Positions 38,011 through 50,817 of a stretch of 64,000 bases of DNA are shown here, piece after piece. The translations under genes and the position numbers were made by a program. The notes below the pieces were generated by a model. That model saw only the letters and a list, made by a program, of their open reading frames with translations, was not told where the DNA came from and ran no database searches. Each line of letters starts with the position of its first letter. Positions within the stretch are counted from its first letter, which is position 1. Origin of the DNA: Mobula hypostoma (Eukaryota); assembly GCF_963921235.1 (NCBI RefSeq), contig NC_086112.1:45136001-45200000 (forward strand), read 5' to 3'.

Positions 38011-39367
38011 AAACTGATATAGAGACAGGCACTAACAACAAGATATGTCACAATGAATTTTAAGTGCCTGTTTCAAACAAAATTATGACACTTTTAAATT
38101 CTTGCAGCCCTATTTGTCACCTCCATTATTTGTTGGAGTTCCGTTATTGCCTTGAAGAAAAATTACCCATCAGCAGATTTCCAAATGAAATCAAGGAATA
38201 CAATCAAAAGTTATTTCAAATATACTTACATTTGTTAAGGAATAAACATAGTTATCCAAAGATAAATAGTGAAAACAAAATCTTTCCCTAGTGGATTGGG
38301 AAAAGTGAATATAACAATTGAGATTATTGCTTCCAGCTGAGTGCGATATTAATGAATGGTGGGAACCCGTTCCCAGAGTTGTTTTAACATAGGTATACTG
38401 TGGATATATTCTTAATTGTATTTTTATTCTTGTACTTTTGCATAAACTAATTGGCATAGAAATCATTTATACAGCTCGACCATTCCATGCCAACATTTAT
38501 TCCCCTCAGGCCTTTGCCCATCTTTCCTTTCCCAATCCACCATCATCCTATTTCCTTCTCCTTTCATTGTTTATTTAGCTTCTCCTAACAGCAACTGTAC
38601 AGTTTTCCTTTAATCAGTCCGTGTCCAGGTGAATTCCATATTTTTACCACTCTCTTCATTATTCTAGGCATCACTGACGAGGCCGGTGTGTTGTCTTCCC
38701 GACTACCATAGGAAAGGGAATGGTAAGCCACCTTCCTGAACCACAGCATTGCTTCCGCTGAAGGTACTCCCAGGGTTTATACTTGGCAATGATCAAGAAA
38801 ATGCGGTATGGTTCCAAGTCAGTCTGGCGTATGACTTGGAGGGGAACATGCTGGTATCTGTGTTCCCATGGACCTAATGCCCTTTCATTCTTATGGTAGT
38901 CCTCAGAGATTGGTGAGATGCTGCCAGAGGAGCCTGGATGAATAACTGTGATGCATTTTATAGGAGGTATACCCCGCGGTCATACCCTGAACTCTGATAG
39001 TGAAGGAAATTAAAGTTTTGGATGATATATGTAATGAAAATCAAGCAGCCCGCTCTGTCCTGGATATTACAAAATTTCTGGGATGTTTTTGGAACTAAAC
39101 TCATTAAGGCAAGAGGACTGTATTTCTTCACACCTGATTTTCTGTTTTGTAGGTGGTGGGAAGTGCTTCATTTCTGATCTGCTCTTAAGTCCACAGTAGT
39201 TGTTCAACTGGGTCAGATGCCTTTCTGCTTAATGGTAATCCCAAGAAATTGATTGTGGAAAACTCAGTAATAGAAACATAGAAACATAGAAAATAGGTGC
39301 AGGAGTAGGCCATTCGGCCCTTCGAGCCTACACCGCCATTTATTATGATCATGGCTGATCATCCAAC

Positions 39368-42300
39368 TCAGAACCCAGCCTTCCCTCCATACCCCCTGAC
39401 CCCTGTAGCCACAAGGGCCATATCTAACTTCCTTTTAAACATAGCTAATGAACTGGCCTCAACAGTTTGCTGTGGCAGAGAATTCCACAGATTCACCGCT
39501 CTCTGTGTGAAGAAGTTTTTCCTAATCTCGGTCCTAAAAGGCTTCCCCTCTATCCTCAAACTGTGACCCCTCGTTCTGGACTTCCCCAACATCGGGAACA
39601 ATCTTCCCGCATCCAGCCTGCCCAATCCCTTTAGGATCTTATACGTTTCAATCAGATCCCCCCTCAATCTTCTAAATTCCAACGAGTACAAGCCCAGTTC
39701 ATCCAGTCTTTCTTCATATGAAAGACCTGCCATCCCAGGAATCAATCTGGTGAACCTTCTTTGTACTCCCTCTATGGCAAGGATGTCTTTCCTCAGATTA
39801 GGGGACCAAAACTGCACACAATACTCCAGGTGTGGTCTCACCAAGGCCTTGTACAACTGCAGTAGTACCTCCCTGCTCCTGTACTCGAATCCTCTCGCTA
39901 TAAATGCCAGCATACCATTCGCCTTTTTCACCGCCTGCTGTACCTGCATGCCCACTTTCAATGACTGGTGTATAATGACACCCAGGTCTCGTTGCACCTC
40001 CCCTTTTCCTAATCAGCCACCATTCAGATAATAATCTGTTTTCCTATTTTTGCCACCAAAGTGGATAACTTCACATTTATCCACATTAAATTGCATATGC
40101 CATGAGTTTGCCCAGTCACCCAACCTATCCAAGTCACCCTGCATCCTCTTAGCATCCTCCTCACTGCTAACACTGCCACCCAGCTTCGTGTCATCCGCAA
40201 ACTTGGAGATGCTGCATTTAATTCCCTCATCCAAGTCATTAATATATATTGTAAACAACTGGGGTCCCAGCACTGAGCCTTGCGGTACCCCACTAGTCAC
40301 CGCCTGCCATTCTGAAAAGGTCCCGTTTATTCCCACTCTTTGCTTCCTGTCTGCTAACCAATTCTCCACCCACACCAATACCTTACCCCCAATACCGTGT
40401 GCTTTAAGTTTGCACACTAATCTCCTGTGTGGGACCTTGTCAAAAGCCTTTTGAGAATCCAAATATACCACATCCACTGGTTCTCCCCTATCCACTCTAC
40501 TAGTTACATCCTCAAAAAATTCTATGAGATTCGTCAGACATGATTTTCCTTTCACAAATCCATGCTGACTTTGTCCAATCATTTCACCGCTTTCCAAATG
40601 TGCTGTTATCACATCCTTGATAACTGACTCCAGCAGTTTCCCCACCACCGACGTTAGGCTAACCGGCCTATAATTCCCCGGTTTCTCTCTCCCTCCTTTT
40701 TTAAAAAGTGGGGTTACATTAGCCACCCTCCAATCCTCAGGAACTAGTCCAGAATCTAACGAGTTTTGAAAAATTATCACTAATGCATCCACTATTTCTT
40801 GGGCTACTTCCTTAAGCACTCTGGGATGCAGACCATCTGGCCCTGGGGATTTATCTGCCTTCAATCCCTTCAATTTACCTAACACCACTTCCCTACTAAC
40901 ATGTATTTCGCTCAGTTCCTCCATCTCACTGGACCCTCTGTCCTTTACTATTCCTGGAAGATTATTTATGTCCTCCTTAGTGAAGACAGAACCAAAGTAA
41001 TTATTCAATTGGTCTGCCATGTCCTTGCTCCCCATAATCAATTCACCTGTTTCTGTTTGCAGGGGACCTACATTTGTCTTTATCAGTCTTTTCCTTTTTA
41101 CATATCTATAAAAGCTTTTACAGTCCGTTTTTATGTTCTCTGCCAGTTTTCTCTCATAATCTTTTTTCCCCTTCCTAATTAAGCCCTTTGTCCTCCTCTG
41201 CTGAACTCTGAATTTCTCCCAGTCCTCAGGTGAGCCACTTTCTCTGGCTAATTTGTATGCTTCTTCTTTGGAATTGATACTATCCCTAATTTCTCTTGTC
41301 AGCCACGGGTGCACTATCTTCCTTGATTTATTCTTTTGCCAAACTGGGATGAACAATTGTTGTAGTTCATCCATGCAACCTTTAAATGCCTTCCATTGCA
41401 TATCCACCGTCAATCCTTTAAGTGTCATTTGCCAGTCTATCTTAGCTAATTCACGTCTCATACCTTCAAAGTTACCCCTCTTTAAGTTCAGAACCTTTGT
41501 TTCTGAATTAACTACATCACTCTCCATGTTAATGAAGAATTCCACCATATTATGGTCACTCTTACCCAAGGGGCCTCTCACGACAAGATCGCTAATTAAC
41601 CCTTCCTCATTGCTCAAAACCCAGTCCAGAATAGCCTGCTCTCTAGTCGGTTCCTCGACATGTTGGTTCAAAAAACCATCCCGCATACATTCCAAGAAAT
41701 CCTCTTCCTCAGCACCTTTACCAATTTGGTTCACCCAGTCTACATGTAGATTGAAGTCACCCATTATAACTGCTGTTCCTTTATTGCACACATTTCTAAT
41801 TTCCTGTTTAATACCATCTCCGACCTCACTACTACTGTTAGGTGGCCTGTACACAACTCCCACCAGCGTCTTCTGCCCCTTAGTGTTACGCAGCTCTACC
41901 CATATCGATTCCACATCTTCCCGGCTTATGTCCTTCCTTTCTATTGCGTTAATCTCTTTTTTAACCAGCAACGCCACCCCACCTCCCCTTCCTTCATGTC
42001 TATCCCTCCTGAATATTGAATATCCCTGAACGTTGAGCTCCCATCCCTGGTCACCCTGGAGCCATGTCTCTGTGATCCCAACTATATCATAATCATTAAT
42101 AACAATCTGCACTTTCAATTCATCCACCTTATTACGAATGCTCCTTGCATTGACACATAAAGCCTTCAGGCGCTCTTTTACAACTCTCTTAGCCCTTTTT
42201 AATGCTTGCCCTGGATTTGTCGGCCTGCCACTTTTACTTTTCCCCTTTGTACTTTTTGCTTCTATGCTCACTTTACACCCCTCTGTCTCTCTGCACTGGT

Positions 42301-42388
42301 TCCCATCCCTCTGTTGTGAACTAACCTCCTCACACCTAGCCTCTTTAATTTGATTCCCACCCCCCAACCATTCTAGTTTAAAGTCACC
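39368..42388 (-). pseudogene. CR1 ORF2 (APE endonuclease + RT), single CGA>TGA nonsense at 40013-40015
   Basis: NARS, ITETW, YRPP, GDFN, SDH (APE); QHGF, GVPQGS, FADD (RT); the sister copy reads GGC-CGA-TTA at ~25165; also YLDSQK in place of YLDFQK. Confidence 0.93.
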
Positions 42389-43257
42389 TCAGTAGCCCCC
42401 GCTAATCTCCCTGCCAGGATATTGGTCCCCCTAGGATTTAAGTGTAACCCGTCCTTTTTGTACAGGTCACACCTGCGCCAAAAGAGGTCCCAATGATCCA
42501 AAAACTTGAATCCCTGCCCCCTGCTCCAATCCCTCAGCCACGCATTTATCCTCCACCTCATCGCATTCCTACTCTCACTGTCGCGTGGCACAGGCAGTAA
42601 TCCCGAGATTACTACCTTTGCGGTCCTTTTTCTCAACTCCCTTCCTAGCTCCCTATATTCTTCTTTCAGGACCTCATCCCTATTCCTACCTATGTCATTG
42701 GTACCTATATGTACCAGGACCTCTGGCTCTTCACCCTCCCACTTCAGGATATCTTGGACACGATCAGAAATATCCCGGACCCTGGCACCAGGGAGGCAAA
42801 CTACCATCCGAGTCTCTGGACTGCGTCCACAGAATCGCCTATCTGACCCCCTTACTATCGAGTCCCCTATCACAACTGCCCTCCTCTTCCTTGCCCTACC
42901 CTTCTGAGCTACAGGGCCAGACTCTGTGCCGGAGGCAGGGCCACTGTCGCTTCCCCCGGGTAAGCTGTCCCCTCCAACAGTACTCAAACAGGAGTACCTG
43001 TTGTTAAGGGGCACAGCCGCCGGGGTACTCCCCATCACCTGCCTTTTCCCCTTCCCCCTCCTAACCGTGACCCACTTGTCTGCCTCCCGTGGCCCCGGCG
43101 TGACCACCTGCCTTCCACTCCTCTCTATCACCTCCTCGCTCTCCCTGACCAGACGAAGGTCATCGAGCTGCAGCTCCAGTTCCGTAACGCGGTCCCTTAG
43201 GAGCTGCATCTCGATGCACTTGGCGCAGATGTAGACGTCCGGGAGGCTTGGAGACTC
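42373..43257 (-). CDS. CR1 ORF1 (coiled coil + SGNH/GDSL esterase domain), 5'-truncated
   Basis: GDSIVRG, PGA, HIGTND and DGLHLN blocks; heptad region LRDRVTELELQLDDL. Confidence 0.9.
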   Translation of the reverse strand, partial: ESPSLPDVYICAKCIEMQLLRDRVTELELQLDDLRLVRESEEVIERSGRQVVTPGPREADKWVTVRRGKGKRQVMGSTPAAVPLNNRYSCLSTVGGDSLPGGSDSGPASGTESGPVAQKGRARKRRAVVIGDSIVRGSDRRFCGRSPETRMVVCLPGARVRDISDRVQDILKWEGEEPEVLVHIGTNDIGRNRDEVLKEEYRELGRELRKRTAKVVISGLLPVPRDSESRNAMRWRINAWLRDWSRGQGFKFLDHWDLFWRRCDLYKKDGLHLNPRGTNILAGRLAGATEVTLN

Positions 43258-45661
43258 TAATGGATAAGTGGTTAGAATCTCTCTTGCTGGATGCAGTAGT
43301 ATCTCACACTTCTATAGCACAAATCTAACTTATCAATTATTTGCCCTTGCTTGACTGTTTTCTAAGTCTTGCTACATAGATAGATTGCCTCACTTGCTGA
43401 AGAGTTGTGAGTACAATTGAACATTTAGTCAGCAATAGGCGAATATGCCTAATGTCTTTATGATGCAAAGAAAAGTCATCAATGAATCAACCTGGGTTCT
43501 AGGCTTAGGAAATTGCCCTACAATGATGTCTTGGGGCTGAATTGATTGAATACTAACAACCGTAACCATCGTCCTTCGCACGAGATATCACTGCAATTAC
43601 TGGAATGTTTTCCCTGCTATGCCCACTCATACAGATGCTGCCTTGATGGTCCACTCTCAGCACCTCTGGAACTCATCTCCTTAGTACGTGCTTGCAGCTA
43701 CATCATCCAGAAGACACCCAAGCAGGGACTAATAAGCAGGTTTCTTTTGGATCCTTTCCCTGTGGCTGGGCCTCTGACCAGAGAAGGGATGGAACAAAAA
43801 GAAATTAGCCAGTCTGGCAGCATCTGTCAAAAGAGAAGCCAGCAGGTCTGGTGGTACCTGTACAGAGAGAAACGGAGTTTACATTTGAGGTCGATGACAT
43901 TTCATCAGATATTGTATATTTGATTCCAAAGTCTGTAGAATATTCTGAGCAGTCCTTTCTGAACAGAGGTTCTACCAAATGCCCATTGGCTCTCCATTCT
44001 CTCCCTTGTGCCTCACAAAATAGCTAACTAGATTTTTATCAGAGAATAGTAGGTGTGTGGAATGTGTTTCCGGGGAGGTGGTAGAGGCTGATACGCTAGG
44101 GACATTTTAGAGACTCTTAGATAGGCACATGGATGAAACAAAATGGAGGGCTATGTGGGAAGGACGGTTTAGATTGATCTTGGAGTAGGTTAAAGGGTCG
44201 GCACAATATCATGGGCCAAAGGACCTGTACTGTGCTATACTGTTCTATATCCTAATCCCTTATTTCTTTTTGTTTTCCATCTTTAAACAAGCTTGCTATC
44301 CACTGTACTCTTGTTTTCTGTGTCAATGTATCTCTGTTTATTAATTAATCAACATATTGAAAGCTCTTTTAAAAACCTTGATTCTCCATTCATTTTGCTA
44401 TTTTCTGTTACATATTTGAAGAATCCAACGTCAACATTCAAACTAAAGCTATGCTGGTGTAATTTGTCTTGTAAATTTCTTTGTTCAATAAAAGCTTTGT
44501 TAAAGTTTTAAAAATATTAGAGTTTTTGGAGGTTTGCTGCTGTTTTGAAATGAGCTAATAATTAACTGGTTAGCAAATATTTTCGATCTTCATTGCAACA
44601 TTTCAGAGGTCCAAGTGATAAGAGTTCTGTGTACTGAAGAGTACGATCGGTAAAGCATACTCCAAACTAAAGAGTGCTCGGCAAGAATGTGATGTAGTCT
44701 AGAACATATACAGAGCGCTTGCAGCTTTGCAAAAAATTAGGGGTTTGTCACACCAGCAATATAGTTCAGGACACCACGGACCAGAAATCATTAGTAATGC
44801 AAGGCAGGTTACACATAAGAACCTATCTCGTAGGTTTAAAGACAAAGGGGAATGGGTGTGCCCTTACCCTCATCTCAATTCACCTTTCGTGCTATTCATT
44901 TGTTTTCTAACTTAATTATTCATATCTTGTACTGTACTGCTGTTTAAAACAATGAATTTCACAAGATGTGTCAGAGATAATAAATCTTATTTGGATTGTG
45001 ATTCCCACCCATACCCAGACACTCTGCACTTCGAGTTCCATGCACAAGGGAAAAGCTAATTGAAGTATCAAATTAATTATTAATAACCCTTCAGAAAACC
45101 CATCTAAAGGATTGTAGATTTTTGTTTACAAATGAACAAAATCAGATTCATTTAGTGAAAGATCTATTTATCTAATTCATGCTGACTAAATCAGTTTACA
45201 ATGTATTTTAGTGGACTAGATTTCACAGGCTAATTAATGGGTAGCTTTCCCTAAAACAGAAAAGATGTGCTGTGTAATGCTGACAGTGCTAGCACACTAC
45301 ACATTATCGTATGAAGTTTGGTAAACTTACAACTATTTAGTCATTCTATTTAGGAATCTTAATTTAGGAACTAGATGTCACATGTAATGCATGGTATTAA
45401 GGGGAAGTGCTGTTAAAAGAAACTTATTTCAAAATGCACAGATTAATAAACTGGCTTTCAGTGTTTCAGAATTTTGTTCAGGGAAGCTCAGAAATGCTAC
45501 AGTACAATTCTAGATGTTCCCATCGCTTTTTCTGAGCGTGTGCAGGGACAGTATTGTATACAATTTTGCTTACACTTTCTTGTATGTGATATGCTTCTCA
45601 GATAATGTCTGAGATATCCTTTTAAATGCTGAAAGTCATACAATAGCAGGATGCCTTAAAG

Positions 45662-45741
45662 CAGGGGTTCCCAACCCTTCTTATACCACGGACCCCTACC
45701 ATTAACCAAGGGGTCCATAGACCCCTGGCTGGGAACCCCTG
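45662..45741. mobile_element. 80-bp hAT-like MITE
   Basis: TIRs caggggttcccaacc / ggctgggaacccctg; 8-bp flanks ccttaaag / ctttaaaa (6/8 match); internal hairpin ggacccct/aggggtcc. Confidence 0.8.
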
Positions 45742-46579
45742 CTTTAAAAGGACAGTTCAGACACAGCTAAATTATCTGAGAAGCATATGCAATATGCTTC
45801 ATTCCACACGGGTTCCCATGGCAACGGTACTATTGTCAGTGCCTCTGACCAGTCCTGACTGCCAGTTATCCTCTTCCTTCTGTGATAAAGTACTGTAGTT
45901 TAGTGCAACTGAATCTTAAAACAGTAAACTCTATTGATTCTGGCAGCTGCAATTAGGATATGACTGTTCATGATTCTCACATGGGAACGTATGCCCTTCA
46001 TATGAAATAATAGGAACAGATATCACGAATATCGCAATAATCTGTATTATATTTTAAAGCTAATCACCGAACATGAGGATAGGAGTTTCTACTGAGTGTC
46101 GACTTCTCAATGTCTGCAAACCAAAGAGCTGATTATCAATTACAGCAGGAAGAAACTGAGTGACAATGAGCCAGATCTCATTAAGGGATCAGAGATGGAT
46201 GGCCGTAAATTCCTTGCCATTATCATTTCAGAGGATCTCTCCTGGGACCAGCCCTTAAGTGTCATTTCAAAGAAGGCATGGCGGTCTTCTTTCTCAGAAG
46301 TTTGCACAGATTCACTCAGTTCAATACTGAACTGATTTCACAATCTAAGGACTCTATAACTCATGTCCTTAGTATCATGATTACTACTTATTTTCTCTCA
46401 ACTCAAGCTGGTAAAACCTGAGGACCGGGCATACCAATGCACACTCAATTCTCAATTGCTGGGCCTTTCGAACTACTCTAGTGGTGTTTTGTATTGCTGA
46501 TTTCTGAGGATTCACATAACTATTGCTGTGTGTGCCTAATTGTTTAATGCTTTTGTGTAGTGACTTCGGGATGATACCA

Positions 46580-47790
46580 GAATCAGATTCAATATCACCA
46601 GCATATGTCATGATGTCATGAAGTTTGTTAACTTTATGCAGCAGTGCAATGAAATGCATGATAAATAAATATAGAGACCAAAACTTAGTTCCATTAAGTA
46701 TATATATGTCTATTAAAAAGTTAAGTTAAAATAATTAGTGGAAAAAAACAGAAATTAAAAAGTAACACACACAAAGTGCTAGAGAAAACTCAGCAGGCCT
46801 GGCAACAATTATGGAGAAGAGTACAGTTGACATTTCAGGCCGAGACCCTTCTGCAGGACTGGTAGTGAGGTAGTGTTTATGGGTTTAATGTCCATTTGGA
46901 AATCAGATGGCAGAGGGGAAGAAGCTGTTCTTGAGTTGCTGAATGTGTACCTTCAGGCTTCTGTACCTCCTTTCTGATGGTAACAGTGAGAAGAGGGCAT
47001 GCCCTGGGTGCTGGGGATGGTGGATACCACCTTCCTTAAGCACCACTTCTTGAAGATGTCTTGGATACTATGGAGGCTGGTACCCACGATGGAGTTGACT
47101 AATTTTACAAGTTTCTACAACTTATTTGGACCTTGAGCAGTAGCCCCCCTCATACCAGACGGTGATGCAGCCAGTCAGAATGCTCTCCACGCTACATTTG
47201 TAGAAGTTTTTGGGTGTTTTATTTGACAAACCAAATCTCCTCAAACTCCTAATGAAAAATAGCTACTGTCTTGCCTTCTTTATAGCAGCATGAATATGTT
47301 GCATCCAGGTTAGGTTGCCAGGGATACTGACACCCAGGAACTTGAAATTGTTCACTCTCTCCACTTCTGATCCCTCCATGAGGATTGGTTCATGCTCCCT
47401 CATCTTACCCTTTCTGAAGCCCACAATCAGCTCTTTGATCTTATTGACGTTGAGTGCAAGGTTGTTGCTGCACTCAACTAGCTGGTACATCTCGCTCCCG
47501 TACACCCTTTCATCATCATCTGAAATTCTGCCAACAAAGGTTGTATCACCAGCAAATTCATAGATGGCATTTGAGTTATGCCTAGTGACACAGTCATGGG
47601 TGTAGAGAGCAGAGCAGTGGGCTAAGCACAGATCCCTGTGGTGTGCCAGTGCTGATTGTCAATGAGGTGGAGATGTTATTTCCAATCCGCACAGGTTGCG
47701 GTCTTCTGGTTAAGAAGCTGTGGATCCAGTTGCAGAGGGAGGTACAAAGGCCCAGGTTCTATAGCTTTTTGATCAGGACCATAGGAATGA
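46580..47790 (-). mobile_element. Rex1/Babar LINE 3' part, with a ~100-bp Penelope tail insert (46762-46862)
   Basis: NNLALNVNKIKELIVGFRK...FKFLGV; tail ccagaatcagattc; degenerate hammerhead 46825-46860. Confidence 0.8.
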
Positions 47791-48480
47791 TGTTGTTTCT
47801 GCTTGGCTATACTATTAGGACAATCTGTACCCTGTTCATGTTGCATAGTCTTTTAATTCAACACATTTCTGGTATTTTTCACTTATTGATTTCTGTATGT
47901 TGTGTATGTTTGGAATGGCTATATCTTTAAGTAAGTTGTTCTTGTTTGTTTATCACGTAATATTTTTCTTGATGGTTGATATGGATTGTCCTGTCTGTGA
48001 TAATGGCTGTAATATAATTTGTAGGACTCTGACTGTAAAACTGGATCAGACTTATATTTCTAGTCTGGTGTCTTTTATAAGTTTGTATTTTAAAGGAAGA
48101 TATTGGTGTTTGATGTTTGCCACTTGATTGTGCCTGTGTAAGTTATCAGATTGTGTTAAACTGCTGCAGGATGTGCTGGATTGTTACTAGGTTCTCTTGG
48201 CATTTTCTGCATTTATTGTCTTGAATTTGTTGGTCTCTTATTACGTATTTTTATTTTTTTTTGTTAACTACCTGGTCCTTTATTGCTACAGGGAATCCCT
48301 CTATCTTTGGGAAGAGGTCTCCAACTCTGAGCCAAGCAATTGACACTTCCTTGTCAACATCTAGTCTGCTCAGATCATGGGGATGTCTTCTCTGGAGGGT
48401 CACGCTCTTCCATTGGTTAACTTTTTATTCTATAGTGTTAATTTCTTCATTTTTCTGGGTTATGCTTTCATTTAAGTTTA
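47790..48480 (-). mobile_element. Second, divergent R4/Dong-clade fragment (AT-rich, decayed)
   Basis: Manual translation: AWLRVGDLFPKIEGF..AIKDQV, CRKC...TIQHI, RHNQVANI. Confidence 0.75.
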
Positions 48481-49019
48481 ATGGTGTGCACATCTTATCA
48501 GAATTGCATACGCTCGCTTGGAAAGCTGAATTCTGTTTTAGTTGATGTAAATATACTACTTACATGATATAAAAATAAAACAATTGTCATTTCAGTTCTT
48601 ATTTTTCTTTATAAATTTTCTAGATTGGTTTCGGACCAAGATATAACACTAAAAGAATACACTAATATGTGTATAGTGAAAGTGTTTTGCCTTTGTTATA
48701 TTTTCACTATTGAGCTCTGTTTGGCAGATTTTCTTAAGCCTTCAAGTAAATCCCATTGAAAGTTTTTCCTTATCATCGCACTATGATCTATTTTCTTTGC
48801 ACATTGATATCCCAGATAATGATGTTTCATATTCATCCATCGGTTGTATTGTTATCTGCTGCTCTCTTTCATATTCTACTAGCTCTATTGCACCTTTCTT
48901 TATGTTTAATGTTCTGCACTTATCTAGTCAAAATTTCATGTTTATACCTTTAGAAGTTAGTTTCACTATTTGAATTAATAGCTTAAGCTTTACTGATGAA
49001 GGGGGTGTATAATTTCAAA

Positions 49020-50817
49020 TTTTAGCCAGAGGGTGGTGAATCTATGGAATTTGTTGCCACGGGCGGCAGTGGAGGCCAAGTCAACGGGTGTATTTAAGGC
49101 AGAGATTGATAGGTATCTGAGTAGCCAGGGCATCAAAGGTTATGGTGAGAAGGTGGGGGAGTGGGACTAAATGGGAGAATGGATCAGCTCATGATAAAAT
49201 GGCGGAGCAGACTCGATGGGCCAAATGGCCGACTTCTGCTCCTTTGTCTTATGGTCTTATGGTCCAAATTGTCCATGTATAGAATCAGAATCAAAGTCAG
49301 AATCAAGTTTATTATCGCTGGCATGTGACGTGAAATTTGTTAACAGCAGCAGCAGTAGTTCAATGCAATACATAATACAGAAGAAAAAAATTAAAAATAA
49401 AAATAAGTAAATCAATTACATGTATATGTATACTGAATAGATTAAAAATAGTCTAAAAACAGAAATAATATATATTTAAAAAGTGAGGTAGTGTTCATGG
49501 GTTCAATGCCCATTTAGGAATCGGATGGCAGAGCGGAAGAAGCTGTTCCTGAATCACACAGCGTGTACCTTCAGGCTTCTGTACCGCCTGCCTGATGGTA
49601 ACAATGAGAAAAGGGCATTCCCTGGGTGCTGGAGGTCCTTAATAATGGGTGCTATCTTTCTGAGACACCACTCCTTGAAGGTATCCTGAGTAATTTGTAG
49701 GCTAGTACCTAAGATGGAGCTGACAAAATTTACGAATAAACTTACGAAGGTGTGTCAAGATATAATTTGTTCGGTTATTTTTGATTTGGCATCCTATTTT
49801 TATCCAATTCTCTAAATTAGGGAGTGGGTTTAAAGCTAGACAAAACTATAGTGGGCTCAGAGGCTCATCCTGGAATGTTTATTATTGTTATTATTTGTTT
49901 TTTTATTTGTATAGTTTGTCTTTTGAATATTGGCTGTTTGTCTGTCTTTGTTTCCGTATAATTTTTTCATTGATTCTATTGTATTTCTTTGGTCTACTGT
50001 GAATGCCTGCAAGAAAATGAATCTCAGGGTAGGATATGGTGGTATATGTACTTTGTTAACAGATTTATTTTGAACTTTGATTATGTCCCGATACATTCTG
50101 AAGATCACCATAACTTGAAAAATCTAATAAAGTTGTCACCAATCACCTTTTTATGGGGGAGAAATGAAAGTATTCATTCTGCTCTTAGTAACATATTGAT
50201 ATATCCAAAAGCAGCTAATTCATAAATACTGCAGATGTTTCCACTTGAAATGGAAAGAACTGAAAGCTCATGGTCATCTTGACCATAATTGGTTTGGCTT
50301 CATATCTTCACGTAGGAGATGGCAATTACTGTGTTTCCTTGCTTCACCGGAGTTTGTGGATACATTTGATTGCACGATAACTAAAGAACTCAAGTCTGCT
50401 TTTAACACCATTCAATATTCCTTCTATCCATTGTTTTCTCATTTTTATATAAGATTATTAAGGGATTGGACATGCTAGAGGCAGGAAACATGTTCCCGAT
50501 GTTGGGGGAGTCCAGAACCAGAGGCCACAGTTTAAGAATAAGGGGTAGACAATTTAGAACGGAGTTGAGGAAAAACTTTTTCACACGGGGGGTTGTGGAT
50601 CTGTGGAATGCTCTGCCTCAGGAGGCAGTGGAGGCCAATTCTCTGGATTCTTTCAGAAAAGAGTTAGATCGAGCTCTTAAAGATAGCGGTGCGAAGGGAT
50701 ATGGGGAGAAGGCAGGAAAAGGGTACTGATTGTGGATGATAAGCCATGATCACAGTGAATGGCGGTGCTGGCTCGAAGGGCCGAATGGCCTATTCCTGCA
50801 CCTATTGTCCATTGTCT
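49020..50817. mobile_element. Cluster of LINE 3' ends (CR1 + 49020-49262, Rex1 - 49283-49735, CR1 + 50445-50817)
   Basis: CR1 C-terminal peptides (MFPMLGESRTRGHSLRI) and tails; Rex1 (gaatca)n tail. Confidence 0.75.

Larger units (their letters stand above)
39272..43257 (-). mobile_element. Young, near-full-length CR1 LINE in FBP1 intron 1 (sense to FBP1)
   Basis: ORF1 esterase and ORF2 APE-RT; 3' tail (TTCTATGT)n; 5'-truncated within ORF1. Confidence 0.97.
38650..43720 (-). mobile_element. Ancient LINE fragment (38650-39271, 43258-43720) hosting the young CR1
   Basis: Diverged repeat sequence flanks both CR1 ends; left part homologous to 27880-28280. Confidence 0.5.

Noticed and set aside
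41253-42029. 258-aa plus-strand ORF and similar ORFs (5886-6455, 24729-25133, 42506-43234)
   Set aside because: Antisense or alternate-frame shadows of young CR1 and Penelope coding sequence; no independent gene evidence
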